In this document: piece by piece, positions 20,620-31,861 of the stretch
How the letters are laid out: each line of letters begins with the position of its first letter
Position numbering within the stretch: position 1 is the first letter of the stretch
Assembly: GCF_004010195.1 (NCBI RefSeq)
Contig: NC_057718.1
Span: 50,650,747-50,682,607, forward strand
Direction of reading: 5' to 3'
DNA: 31,861 bases
DNA from: Chiloscyllium plagiosum
Lineage: Eukaryota
The notes under the pieces: model-generated
The model's database searches: none
The model's input: only the letters and a program-made list of their open reading frames with translations
Told to the model about the DNA's origin: nothing
Translations under genes and position numbers: made by a program

Positions 20620-21623
20620 GCTGATAGTTCCCAATGAGGAAGAACAGTTCGAGGAAGGAAATAAACCAACCATGGTTAACCAAGGAAATGAAGGATAGTA
20701 TCAAATTGAAAGAAAACGTACACTGTGACAAAGATTAATAGAAAACCAAAGGATTGAAGAATTTTTTAAAACTCAACAAAAAAATGAATGAAAAAATATA
20801 ATGTTAGAAGGAAAAAATATGTTATGAGGGTAAACCATCATGTAATATGAAAAGGAATGATAAGAGCTTCTTTCGATATATGGAAAGGAAGAGAAAAGCC
20901 AAAATGAAAATGGGCCCCTTGGAAAATGAGGGTAGGAAATAATAATGGTGAACCAGAAAAAGGTAGAAGAGTTGTGCACTAACAAAAAAAGTCAAAAGGG
21001 GAGAAAATAAATACAATAAATATCACGAGAAGAAATATATTAGGGAAGTTAATAGGACTAAAAACTGAAAGGTGCCCTAGACCTGATGGGTTGCATCTGA
21101 TGATGCTAAAGAAAGTAGCTACAGAGATAATAGAAGCATAAACTCTAGCAAAGTCCCAGAGGTTTGGAAAACTGCCGATGCAACAATAATTGGACACAAA
21201 AACAGGCAAGTATTGATCAGTTAGCTTAACATCTATCATTGGGAAAATGGTAGAGTCTATTATAAAGATTTAAATAGAACATCAAATAGAAATACATAAT
21301 CTGATTAAGTAGAGTCAAAAAAGCTTCATGGAAGGTAAATCATGCCTGACAAGTTTATGAGGATTCTTTGAAGAGGTAACAAGCATGATAGATAAAAGGA
21401 AATCATTAATGTCATTTATTTGGATTTACAAAAGATACTTGATAATGTGGAAAGATAAAAGGTGAGGATGACACAAAGAGTTCACAGAGGAATAAAGACA
21501 AATCAAGTGAATGGGCAAAAACTTCACAGATGGAATATAATGTAGAAAGGTGTGAGATTATACACTTTCAGAGAGAGAAGACCAGCTGAATATTATTAAA
21601 TGGAGAAAGGTCCTCAGAATGCT
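20620..21623 (+). mobile_element. Old, AT-decayed CR1 ORF2 fragment (left part)
   Basis: QPWLTKEMKDSIKLKE, EGKSCLTSL, FFEEVTSMIDK, EWAKTSQMEYNVERCEIIHF; several internal deletions. Confidence 0.9.
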
Positions 21624-21871
21624 TAACATCTTTAAAAAGGGACTTACCTCAGAGTCGGGCCTCCATTTGAACAGAGTTTCGAGGAGAGAGGATGTGGAGA
21701 AGCGAAGGCTGCTGGGAAGTTTTTAAGTGGGTGAGATCTAAACCTTAGACCCTACACCGTAGGGCCTCCTCTAACCTTACTAAGGGTCTGTAAACTCAGT
21801 AAGTTTTCAGGTTTTCCCTTTTTTTTTCTCTTCCTTGTTTAGTCCAGTTTAGGCTTTTACATTAGCGGGGT

Positions 21872-22810
21872 ATGGCTGATAGGGCAGTTGCATGTTCCTC
21901 CTGCAGAATGTGGCAGGTGAGAGACCCTTCACATGTTTCTGCTGACCACATCTGCAGGAAGTGCGCCCAACTCCACAGCTCCTCGAAAACTGAATTAGGG
22001 AACTGGAGCTGGAGCTGGATGAACTATGGATCATCCGGGAGGCTAAGGGAGAAATTGAGAGGATGTACAGGGAGGTGGTCACTCCTCAGACACAGGATAA
22101 GGACAGCTGGGTTACAGTGAGGGGGAGGAAAGGGAGCTAACAGATAGAGCAGGGATTCTCTGTGGCCGTTCCCCTCAGCAATAAGTTTACCATTTTGGAT
22201 ACTGCTGGTGGGGACGGCCTACCGGGGAAAGCCATAGTTGTCAGGTCTCTGGCACTGAGGCTGGCATTGAGGCTCAGAAGGAAAGGGGGGGAGAATAGAA
22301 AAGCGCCAGTGGTAGGGGACTCAATAGTTAGACGGATTGACAGGAGATTTTGTGGTCAGGAAAGGGACTTCCGAAAGGTATGTTGCCTCCCCGGTGTCAT
22401 GGTCCAGGATGTCGCCGATCGGGTTTACAAGATTCTGAGGGGGAAGGGTGAGCAGCCAGAAATCGTGGCACATATTGGCACTGACAATATAGCCAGGAAA
22501 GGGACTGAGGATCAGAAAAGTGACTACAGAGAGCTAGGTTAGAAGCTGAAGAGCAGGACGAGTAGAGTAGTGTTATCAGGTTTGCTACTGGTGCCACAAG
22601 ACAGTGAGGCAAGGAACAGTCAGCGAGTGCAGCTTAACACGTGGCTGCAAGGCTGGTGCAGGAGGGAGGGCTTCAGATACCTCGACCATTGGGATACATT
22701 TTGGGGAAGGTGGGACCTGTACATGAAGGACAGGTTGCACCTGAACTGGAGGGTCACAAATGTCCTCAGTGGAAGATTTGCTCATGTGGTTCAGGAGGGT
22801 TTAAACAAGT
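21872..22810 (+). pseudogene. CR1 ORF1: zinc finger, coiled coil and SGNH esterase-like domain
   Basis: MADRAVACSSC...CRKC; VVGDSIVR, VCCLPG, AHIGTDNI, DRLHLN; frameshifts and stops. Confidence 0.92.
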
Positions 22811-22927
22811 TTGGCAGGGGAGTGGGAACCAGAGCTACATATCTGAGAGGGGGGTAGGAGTAGATGGGGCAGTGACAGGATGTAGCGAATTTATCGGGAA
22901 GGGTTTTCACGTGATGGAACAAAGGGA

Positions 22928-25900
22928 TTGGTTAAAGTTGTCTGTTTTAACGCAAGGAGTGTCAGAAATAAGAGTGATGAACTTAGAGCGTGGATCAGAA
23001 CTTGGGACTATGGCGTTGTGGCCATAACGGAGAAGTGGGTTTTACAGGGGCAGGAATGGTTGATAGATGTTACAGGGTTTAGAACATTTAAAAAGAACAG
23101 TGAGGAAGGGAAACAGAGGAGGGGGTGTAGCATTGCTAATCAGAGAATGCATCACAGCTACAGAAACAATGGTTGTTGAGGAAGGTTTGTCTATTGAGTC
23201 AGTATGGGTGGAAGTTAGGAACAGCAAAAGAGCAGCCACCTCATTGGGAATTTTCTACAGACAGCTTAATAGCAGCAGGGAGATTGAAGAACTCATAGGC
23301 CAGCAGATTTTGGAAAAATGCAGATGTAGCAGGGTTATTGTTTTGGGTAACTTCAACTTTCCCAATGTTGACTGGAATATCCTTAGTATAGATGGTTTGG
23401 ATGAAGCTGTTTTTGTCAGGTGCATTGAGGAGGGTTTCCTTACTCAATAGGCAGCCAGGCCAACGAGGGGAGAGGCCATTTTGGATTTGTGCTCGGCAAT
23501 GAGCCAGGACAGGTGTCAGATCTCGCGGTGGGAGAACACTTTGGTGACAGTGACCGCAACTGCCTGACATTTACCATAGCCTTGGAAAGGGAAAGGAGCA
23601 GTTACCATGGGAAGATATTTAATTGGGAAAAGAAAAAGGATGCTATCAGAAAAGAGTTGGGAAGTACAGACTGGGAGCAATTGTTCCACAGAAAGGGCAC
23701 AACAGACATGTGGAGACTGTTTAAGGAGCAGTTGTTGTGAGTGATGCACAAATTTGTTTCTCTGAGACAAGCAAGAAGTCGTAAGGTTAAGGAGCCTTGG
23801 ATGACGAGAACAGAGGAGCTTCTCGTCAAAAGGCTAAAGGCAGCTTACGTAAGGTGGAGGAAGCAAAGATCTAGCACAACTTTAGAGGATTACACGCTTA
23901 TGAGAAAGGAGCTCAGAATGGACTGAGGAGAGCCAGGAGGGGGCACGACAAAGGATTGGCAGGAAGGATTAGGGAGAACCCAAAGGCATTTTACTTATAC
24001 ATGAAGAATAAGAGAATGAATAAGGAGAAGGTAGGGCCAGTCAGGGATAGCGTAGGGAACTTGTTCAAGGAGTCTGAGCAGACAGGGGACGCCCTACATA
24101 CATTTTTTGCTTTGGTTTTCACTGAGGACTGGGACCTTGAGGTGAATGAGAACTTTGAGGAGGTGGAAAACAGGCTTGAACAGATCACGATTGATGAAGT
24201 TGATGTGCCGGACTGTTGGCAAACATTAAGATTGATAAGTCCCCAGGGCCAGACCAGACTTTTCCTAGGCTGCTCCGGGAAGCAAGAAAGGAGGTTGCTA
24301 AGCCGCTGGTGAACATGTTTGCTTCCTCACACTCCATGGGAGTCATACCAGTGGATTTGAGGGATGCGAATGTTGTTCCTCTTTTCAAGAAGGGGAATGG
24401 CAAATCCCTGGCAATTACAGACCAGTAAGTCTTACGTCTGTGGACAGCAAGGGTTTGGAAAGAATTCTGAGGGATAGGATTTATGACTATTTGGAAAAGC
24501 ATAGAGTGATTAAAGGCAGTCAGCATGACTTTGTGAAGGGCAGGTCGTGCCTCATAAATCTTATTGAATTCTTTGAGGACGTGACGAGACAGGTTAATGA
24601 AGGTCGAGCAGTGGATGTGGTGTATGTGGACTTCAGCAAGGCATTTGATAAGGTTCCCCATGGTAGGCTCATTCATAAAGTCAGGAGGTATGGGATACAG
24701 GGAAATTTGGCTGTCTGGATTCAGAACTGGTTGGCTGACAGAAGGCAGAGAGTGATTTTTTTAGATTACTTTACTTTACAGTGTGGAAACAGGCCCTTCG
24801 GCCCAACAAGTCCACACCGACCCGCCGAAGCGCAACCCACCCATACCCCTACACATCTACGCCTTACCTACCACTACGGGCAATTTAGCATGGCCAATTC
24901 ACCTGACCTGCACATCTTTGGACTGTGGGAGGAAACCGGAGCATCCGGAGGAAACCCACGCAGACACGGGGAGAATGTGCAAACTCCACACAGTCAGTCG
25001 CCTGAGGCGGGAATTGAACCCGGGTCTCTGGCGCTGCGAGGCAGCAGTGCTAACCACTGTGCCACCGTGCCGCCCACTGGTTGTAGATGGAAAGTATTCT
25101 GCTGGAGGTCAGTGCTGAGTGGTGTCCTGCAGGGCTCAGTTCTTTGGCTTCTGCTCCTCGTAGGTTTTATAAATGACTTGGATGAGGAGGTTGAGGGGTG
25201 GGTTAGTAAATTTGCCGATGACATAAAGGTTGGAGGTGCCGTTGATAGTATCAAGGGCCAACCTGGATAAATGCGAAGTGATGCATTTTGGAAGGTCGAA
25301 CTTGAATACTGAATATAGGATTAAAGACAGGATTCTTGGCAGTGTGGAGGAACAGAGGGATCTTGGTGTTCAAATGCATAGATCCCTCAAATGCATAGAT
25401 TCCACCTAAGTGGAAAGGGTTGTGAAGAAAGCATATGGTGTTTTGGCTTTCATTAACAGGGGGATCGAGTTTAAGAGCCACAAGGTTTTGCTGCAGCTCT
25501 ACAAGACCCTGGTGAGACCACACTTGGAATATTGTGTCCAGTTCTGGTCACCCTATTATAGGAAAGATACAGAGGCTTTGGAGAGGGTGAAAAGAAGATT
25601 TACCAGAATGCTGCCTGGACTGGAGGGCTTGTCTTATGAAGAAACGTTGACGAAGCTCAGACTTTTCTCTCTGGAGAGAAGGAGGAAGAGAGGTGACCTG
25701 ATCGACATCTACAAGGTAACAAGAGACATGGATAGAGTGAATAGCCAGAGACTTTTCCCCAGGGCAGGATTGACTGGCACAAGGGGTCATTGTTTTAAGA
25801 TATTAGGAGGAAGGTATAGAGGAGACGTCAGAGGTAGGTTCTTTACGCAGAGAGTTGTGAATGCATGGAATGCGTTGCCAGCAGTGGTGGTGGAAGCAGA

Positions 25901-25967
25901 GTCATTACGGACATTCAAGCCACTGCTGGACATGCACATGGACAGCAGTGAATTGAGGGGTGCGTAG
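22928..25967 (+). pseudogene. CR1 ORF2: APE endonuclease plus reverse transcriptase
   Basis: VCFNARSVRNK, VVAITEKW, LGNFNFP, GDSDRN, DFSKAFDKVPH, QGSVL, KFADDIKV, YKTLVRPHLEYCVQFWSP. Disrupted by stops, a SINE and a deletion near 25258. Confidence 0.97.
24756..25075 (-). mobile_element. Young HE1-like SINE inserted in CR1 ORF2
   Basis: Intact 5' end gggcggcacggtggcacagtggttag, B box ggttcaattcc, many preserved CpGs; the CR1 frame RRQRV|VVDGKYS rejoins across it. Confidence 0.96.
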
Positions 25968-26058
25968 GTTTAGGTTATTTTATTTTAGATTAGGAATAAT
26001 CCTCGACACAACATTGTGTACCGAAAGGCCTGTTCTGTGTTGTACTTTTCTATGTTCT

Positions 26059-26160
26059 CTGCTGTCACAAAGAGGGATTTGTGGACCTTATGCATGAATC
26101 ACAAAATACAAGCATTGAGGTTCAGCAGGTAATAGGTATAACAAATGGAACGTTGGCCCA
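26059..26160 (+). mobile_element. Right part of the old CR1 at 20620-21623
   Basis: agggatttgtggaccttatgcatgaatcacaaaa...caggtaatagg...aatggaacgttggcc (RDLxxLxHESQ...QQVI..NGTLA) is the segment expected after NGER at about 21600-21610. Confidence 0.8.
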
Positions 26161-27136
26161 GGCTGTTACTGCTCTTGAAGATCCAGGCACTCTCTCTACT
26201 GGTGGAGGTAAATTGTCTAAAGCAGCCTCCTCACCGATGTCAACACTAAGACGTTATTGGCCCAGAGCATCTCAGCAGTCAGAGCAGAAATCTGAGCAGC
26301 CTGCCTTGACTTCTGCTGGAGACATAACATCTGCCTCTGTAGGAGCAATAGAAAAAGAAACAGTAACTTATAATTGCCCAAGGATATTCACACCGTCATT
26401 TGAGAAAGCATTATTTTTGTCTGTGTGCATTTTGTAGAAACACGTCATTGCATTTGTTTACGGTGTGCCAATTTGACTTTTCAGTTTCTTGTTGAAGGTT
26501 GTGAGGATGTGAAAGGATGTGACTGATGATATTGTATGGAATGAGCGGCTGGTTGACTATAGGACCAGCTCTGTGATAGTGAGATTAGGGAATAGAGATG
26601 CAGATAAATGGTTGTTAGGTTGGCTTGTTGTTACAATGGCTTAACAATGCAATGAATTGAAGTGCATGTCAGAGAATGCGTGACATTCTGGGCCTCAATG
26701 GTGGAACACTGGAGGGGAAGGATCATACAAAAGCATTCCACTCCTCTCCCTTCTCCCCTAATGCAGACATGAAGCTTTTGGTATCTTGCTCCTTCAGTGA
26801 TTTCAATCTCCACTGTAGTACAGAGTGCAGAGCCCCATGCTGCAACCATTCTGAAAAGTCTCACTAAGGTTACACGTCATGTGCATCTCGAACTCCCAAT
26901 CAGTTGTTCAATCATACATCTGGCTGTTATATGGGTTTCATTGTTCTATTCTTGCAGTCAAGATTTGGGTTTCTTAAGAGTGTCATCCATCAAGTTTGTA
27001 CAGAGTAAATCCTCAATCTCCTGACATTTACTCCTTGAGAAAGTTTGCAGGAACGAAGAAGTTTTTAGAGCCTGGGCTGTGATCGGACGAAAGCATCGTG
27101 GCATCTCCCCAGGTATCTGGTGCTCTCCTGCACAGC

Positions 27137-27255
27137 AGATATTTTCTCATCAGCTTGTTCAGAGATGTTATTACACAGCTCTGGACCAGTTAAGACTTGA
27201 ACATTGGTCTCCTGGCTCAGAGGTCGCAACACTATCACAGCACCACAAGAGCCCT
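27137..27255 (-). mobile_element. Short tRNA-derived SINE head, degenerate
   Basis: Minus strand agggctcttgtggtgctgtgatag (A-box-like) ... gttcaagtc (B-box-like), with tRNA-like spacing. Confidence 0.6.
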
Positions 27256-28057
27256 ATGCACTTGAGCCTGCATAAACCATTATGAGAGATTGGACACTGC
27301 TGAGCATTGTTGAACTGGAAGACCTTACTAGGTCTGCAAAGTCAATGGCACACCCAGGCAAGGGAAAATCAGTCTGAGGTACAAAACCAAATGGCTGCTT
27401 ATTAAAGATCCACATCACCACAGACAAAATAGACTTACTTGTCAGGCCTACTAAGCATCATGACCATTTAATGCAGCCAATCTGGGAAATCCTGCGTATC
27501 CCTCCTATAAGGCCCTTGAAGGTTCCTAAAGCAAGAAGGATGAGGGGTGTGGTCACACATTTAGTGTCACTAATTGAACACGGACACCAACCTCAGCAGA
27601 CAGCAGTACTTCTTCCAGCAGGCCATAGGTAACTGCTGCCAGCTGACATGACAGTTTTCACTCCCAGAAGCATCAATGAAGGAAGTTGCAGTTCTGTCTG
27701 GACATGCTGTTATGCAAATTGTGCTTCCTGAGCAATACAGACTTCTGCAGCTTCCCTCACTCCTGTTCCTCTCTACACAGACACCAGCTTCTTTCTACAT
27801 TACAAGGTATTGCTGTTGCTGCTACTCCTCCTAGTCAGCTTGCTCTTTGTCCAAAAGTGACTTCGATCAGGCATGTTTTCAACCCTCCTGATTTTGAGTC
27901 TCAATGCTTCCAAAAGTAGAATTTCACAAATCGCAAGTACTCGCAAAAAGCTTTCCCCAGAGGTAACTGTGACCACTAACTAGTTATTGCTTATCATGCC
28001 TGATGCTGATCAAAGTAATTCAGCAATTCTGCAACCTTTTTACTTCTTTATTACACG

Positions 28058-28838
28058 GCAGCACAATTGACTAGGCCAGCATTTATTACTCATTCCTAAT
28101 CGCCTTGGAGAAGGTAGTAGTGAGCTCCCTTCTTGAACCTCTGCAGTTCTTGCTGTGTCAGGTAGATCCATGGAACTGTTAGGGAGGGATTCCAGGATTT
28201 TGACCCATCAACAATATAGGAATAGGAATATAGTTCCAGGTTAGTGTTTTGTGTCACTTAGAGGATACTTTGCATGTGATGGTGTTCCCAAGTATCTTCT
28301 GCACTTGCACTAGGTGGTGCAGGTATGAAATGTGCTGTTGAAGGAAGTTACTGCAGTCCATCTATCGATGGTATACACTGCTGCTATTGTATTCGGTGGT
28401 TGTGGCTTTTAATGATGGATAAGGTGGCATCCAAAGAGGTTACTTTGTCCTGGATGATGTTCAGCTTCTTGAGTATTGTTGGAACTCTACTCATTCAAGT
28501 AACTGGGTGACACTCCTGATCAATAAATTATGGTTGGTGGAGAGCATTGGAAGTCAAGAGGTGATGTGCTCTGACCTGCTCTTGTAGCTACAATGTTTAT
28601 ATGTCTCATCTAGTTCAGTTTCTGTTCAATGATAGCCTGCAGGATGTTGATAGTCAGGGATGATATTATCATGGAAAGTTAAGGGGAGATAGTTCACTTC
28701 TAACTTGTTGGTGATAGGATTGCCTGTGCTTGTATGGCACAAATATTGCTTGCCACATATCAACCTGTATGTTGACCAGGTTTTGCTGCATAAAGTCACA
28801 ATGGACTCCAAAGGTTGTGAATGCTGCTGAGCATTGTG
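28058..28838 (-). mobile_element. Old LINE 3' fragment (CR1/L2 group), partner of the second SINE family
   Basis: Minus-strand remnants LKKLNIIQDK, NILQAIIEQKLN*MRHINIVATRAGQ; its 3' terminus ggccagcatttattactcattcctaatcgcc matches the SINE tails. Confidence 0.8.
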
Positions 28839-28849
28839 ATACTGACACA

Positions 28850-28950
28850 GAGATAATGCCAGTGAGCTAGCAATCCATAAGCCCAGCCAATACTCTCGAG
28901 ACATCATGGCAGCTTGTGGAACTTGAACTCAACTATTAAATCTGGGTTTA
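28850..28950 (+). mobile_element. Degenerate 5' part of a second-family SINE
   Basis: ggcagcttgtggaacttgaactcaactattaaatctgg resembles 16055-16093 (gcagataatggaacttgaattaaat...aaatctgg). Confidence 0.5.
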
Positions 28951-30485
28951 AGTATTCAAATTTGTAACCTACCTCTCCTGAGGGGATTTGCACATGCATC
29001 TGAATTATATCCAAAAGTCAGCACTCCTACCTGAACATACACATTCCTCAATAGTTAAACTAATGCCTGAGTCTCAGAATCAGAAAAAGCAATAGGTGTA
29101 TCAATGGAATTATTCAAAATGACAGCTCATTTCTATTACTGATTCTTTGTGCAACATGATTGCACATTCAACATTTCTTTCATCGACAAAATAAGTTATA
29201 ATAACCTCTATGGAATCTGTGCTTAAATATTGGTTCATGCCTACTGTCATGGCCCCTGTCAGCTCGTTAGGTTTTCTGCCAACTGTATCTCTCTGCTAAT
29301 AGCTATATTTCCTGTTGCTACTGTTCTGTAATCTACAATGGTTATTAACTGGTCATGATTATAACCAGTTTATCACTTAATATTTGGGATTTAAATTCTT
29401 TTTTTTAATCACAATTCTTCAGTGTCGTTGGATGTCTACCTTTATCAGTTGCATAGCAATAACGAACCTTGATAAAACGTCAATCTGTCGCTTTTGTTTT
29501 GTTCAGACTCCTGCTGTTGCTGGGCAGCTGGTTAAGAGAAAATAATTGGAGGCTGGTGCTGCTTGAAACCTGTGTTTGGTAGCTTAGTTTTTGTTGTCAC
29601 TGCAATGGATGGATTTTTACGGCTGATGTGACCATCTTTGCATTCGGCTGACAATAATGACACTTGATATTTGCATATGATTTACATTTTTGCATATATG
29701 AACAACAAGTATTAAAGGTGAGATGATCCTGAATTTTTCACATTAACAATTAGCTGATCAAACAGTAAAACAAACAGAAAAGAAATCAGAAAAGCTGAAG
29801 AAATAGAAGATATTTTTGTTAATTCACAAGTTAAAGTAATTAGTCAAACACCTAAAAACTGACACGATAAAATCTTCAATAAACCATGAAGAGCTTGTAT
29901 TTACTGACAAAATATCAATTGTCATCTTAACAATTAAGTAAAGGAAGACATTAAATAAGTGAGTGTTGCTCAATGACTCTAAGGAAGGATAATGTTTGTG
30001 GAGACAATTCTGATATGGGAATAAATAAGCATTTTAAATGAGAAAAAGGAATAGGAAACAAATGGCAAATCATGCTCTTTGTATGCAATATTAAATTTTC
30101 ATTGTTAGTCTTTTCTAACATCTTCATTATTACACATAAGGAATGGGATGGGCATGCATCAAAATAGCTCAATAGTACACCCACATTTGAGGGTCCAATA
30201 GTTGACACAAATCTTGTTCACAGTCTGTAATTAAGAAAGAGCTATGTACTGCTGCTAACTCATTACCTCTTGTAACCTAAATTGTTAGCCCTGGAGATTT
30301 CACAAATTGAAAGACGCATCCCATGAAAATGAAAAACAAAGCAGTCATAACCAAAGGTGTACTCCCAAAAACTAACCCATATTGCTGCCACTGCTTGTTG
30401 CCAAGCTGGCATTAAGGAGAAAATATTTCACCAATATTATTGCGAGGAAATCTTTCTTAGATACAAACGTCTGAGGAGTTTGTCC

Positions 30486-30728
30486 TTATTCATGGGATGA
30501 TGGCATCACTGATTAGGCCAACATTTATTTCCATCCCTAATCGCCCCAGAGGGCAATAAAGAGTCAACCATATTGTTATGAGTCTGGAGTTACCTGTAGG
30601 CCAATCAGGTAAGGATGGCTGTTTCCTTCCCTAAGGATACTAGTGAACCAGATGGATTTTTCCTGACAATCAACAATGATTTCATAGTTGTTACTAGAAC
30701 CTTTATTCCAGATTCCTTTTTGAATTAA
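30486..30728 (-). mobile_element. Second-family SINE lacking the tRNA head
   Basis: Reverse-complement match to about 16070-16350. Confidence 0.85.
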
Positions 30729-30905
30729 CAGGATGAAGGCATGAGTGGCTCGGCCAGAATTTATTGCCCATCTCCGAGTCTCCAGAGGGCAGCTAAGAGT
30801 CAACCATATTGCTGTTGGTCTGGAGTCACATGGGCAAGGATGGCAGTTCCTTCTCTAAAGAACATTAGTGAAGCAGATAGTTTTTTTTTCCCAACAATCA
30901 ACAAT
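30729..30905 (-). mobile_element. Second-family SINE, tandem copy ending at a CR1 junction
   Basis: Repeats 30494-30680 (ccagagggca...aagagtcaaccatattg...caatcaacaatg). Confidence 0.85.
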
Positions 30906-31861
30906 GGTATAACGGCTGCAGAAAGGCAGTTCGAGGGGGATCTGCCTTTGGAGTCAGAAATAGGAAAGGAGCAGTCACCTTGTTGGGTGTTTACTATAGG
31001 CCCCCCAATAGCAGCAGAGATGTGGAGAAACAGATTGGGAAACAGATTTTGGAAAGGTGCAGAAGCCACAGGGTAGTCGTCATGGGCGATTTCAACTTCC
31101 CAAATATTGATTGGAAGCTCTTTAGATCAAGTAGATTGGATGGGGCGGTGTTTGTGCAGTATGTCCAGGAAGGTTTTCTAACTCAGTATGTAGATTGTCC
31201 GACCAGAGGTGAGGCCATATTGGATTTGGTAACGAACCGGGACAAGTGATAGGCTTGTTAGTGGGTGAGCATTTTGGTGATGGTGACCACAATTCTGTGA
31301 CTTTCACCTTGGTTATGGAGAGAGATAGGTGCGCACAACAAGGTAGATTTTATAATTGGGGGAAGGGAAATTACGATGCTGTAAGGCAGGATTTGAGGAG
31401 CATACGTTGGGAGCATAGGATGTCAGGGAAGGATGTGGTGGAAATGTGGAACTTGTACAAAGAGCAGATACGACGTGTCCATGATATGTATGTACCTATC
31501 AGGCAGGAAAGAAATGGTCGTGTGAGGGAACCTTGGTTGACGAGGGAGGTTGAATATCTTGTAAAGAGGAAGAAGGAGGCTTACATAAGGTGAGGAAACA
31601 GGATTCAGACAGAGCAGTGGAAGGATACAGGATAGCCAGAAGGGACCTGAAGAAAGGGATTAGGAGAGCTAAGAGAGGGCATGAAAAATCGTTGGCGGAT
31701 AGGATCAAGGATAACCCCAAGGCATTTTATGCGTATGTGAGAAACCTGAGAATCACGAGAACGAGGGTAGGTCCGATCAAGGACAGTAGTGGGAGACTGT
31801 GTATTGAGATGGAAGAGATAGGAGAGGTCTTGAATGAGTACGTTTCTTCAGTATTTACAAA
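30906..31861 (+). mobile_element. 5'-truncated CR1 LINE starting in the endonuclease domain, running off the window
   Basis: LGVYYRPPNS, VVMGDFNFPNIDW, PTRGEAILDLV, GDGDHNSV, EPWLTREVE. Confidence 0.96.

Larger units (their letters stand above)
21624..26058 (+). mobile_element. Near full-length CR1 LINE (5' UTR, ORF1, ORF2, 3' UTR), inactive
   Basis: Colinear ORF1 and ORF2 remnants; ends ggcctgttctgtgttgtacttttctatgttct. Confidence 0.97.

Noticed and set aside
25000..25075. tRNA gene
   Set aside because: A/B boxes run directly into the SINE core and LINE-like tail, so this is a SINE head.
24440..25270. 276-aa ORF with a novel-looking C-terminal half
   Set aside because: CR1 RT reading through an antisense SINE.
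26650..27650. Possible Harbinger transposase remnant (GISPGI / DEGCG-like patches)
   Set aside because: Too degenerate to establish catalytic motifs by eye; needs a translated HMM search.

Overview
Vertebrate non-coding DNA dominated by retrotransposons. The repeat set (HE1-type SINEs, CR1 LINEs, Penelope-like elements) points to a cartilaginous fish, probably a carpet or bamboo shark; this is inferred from recalled repeat families, not from a search. No intact host gene or convincing coding exon was found, and every recognisable ORF is a transposon remnant. Contents: several CR1 LINEs (one near full length, 21624-26058), an L2, an RTE 3' end, a second LINE with its partner SINE, four HE1-like SINEs, Harbinger and Tigger-like remnants, and a 312-N gap. 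The most interesting signal is a series of eight Penelope-like element (PLE) pieces from at least three families. Most carry hammerhead ribozyme (HHR) motifs or the sequence just downstream of them, several form long hairpins, and five have 12-15 bp target-site duplications (TSDs). One 60-bp insert begins exactly at the predicted HHR cleavage site, and insert ends recur at two fixed distances from that site. Two repeat-poor blocks (about 8.0-11.1 kb and 29.0-30.4 kb) contain candidate conserved enhancers. Element boundaries were read by eye and may be off by a few bases.
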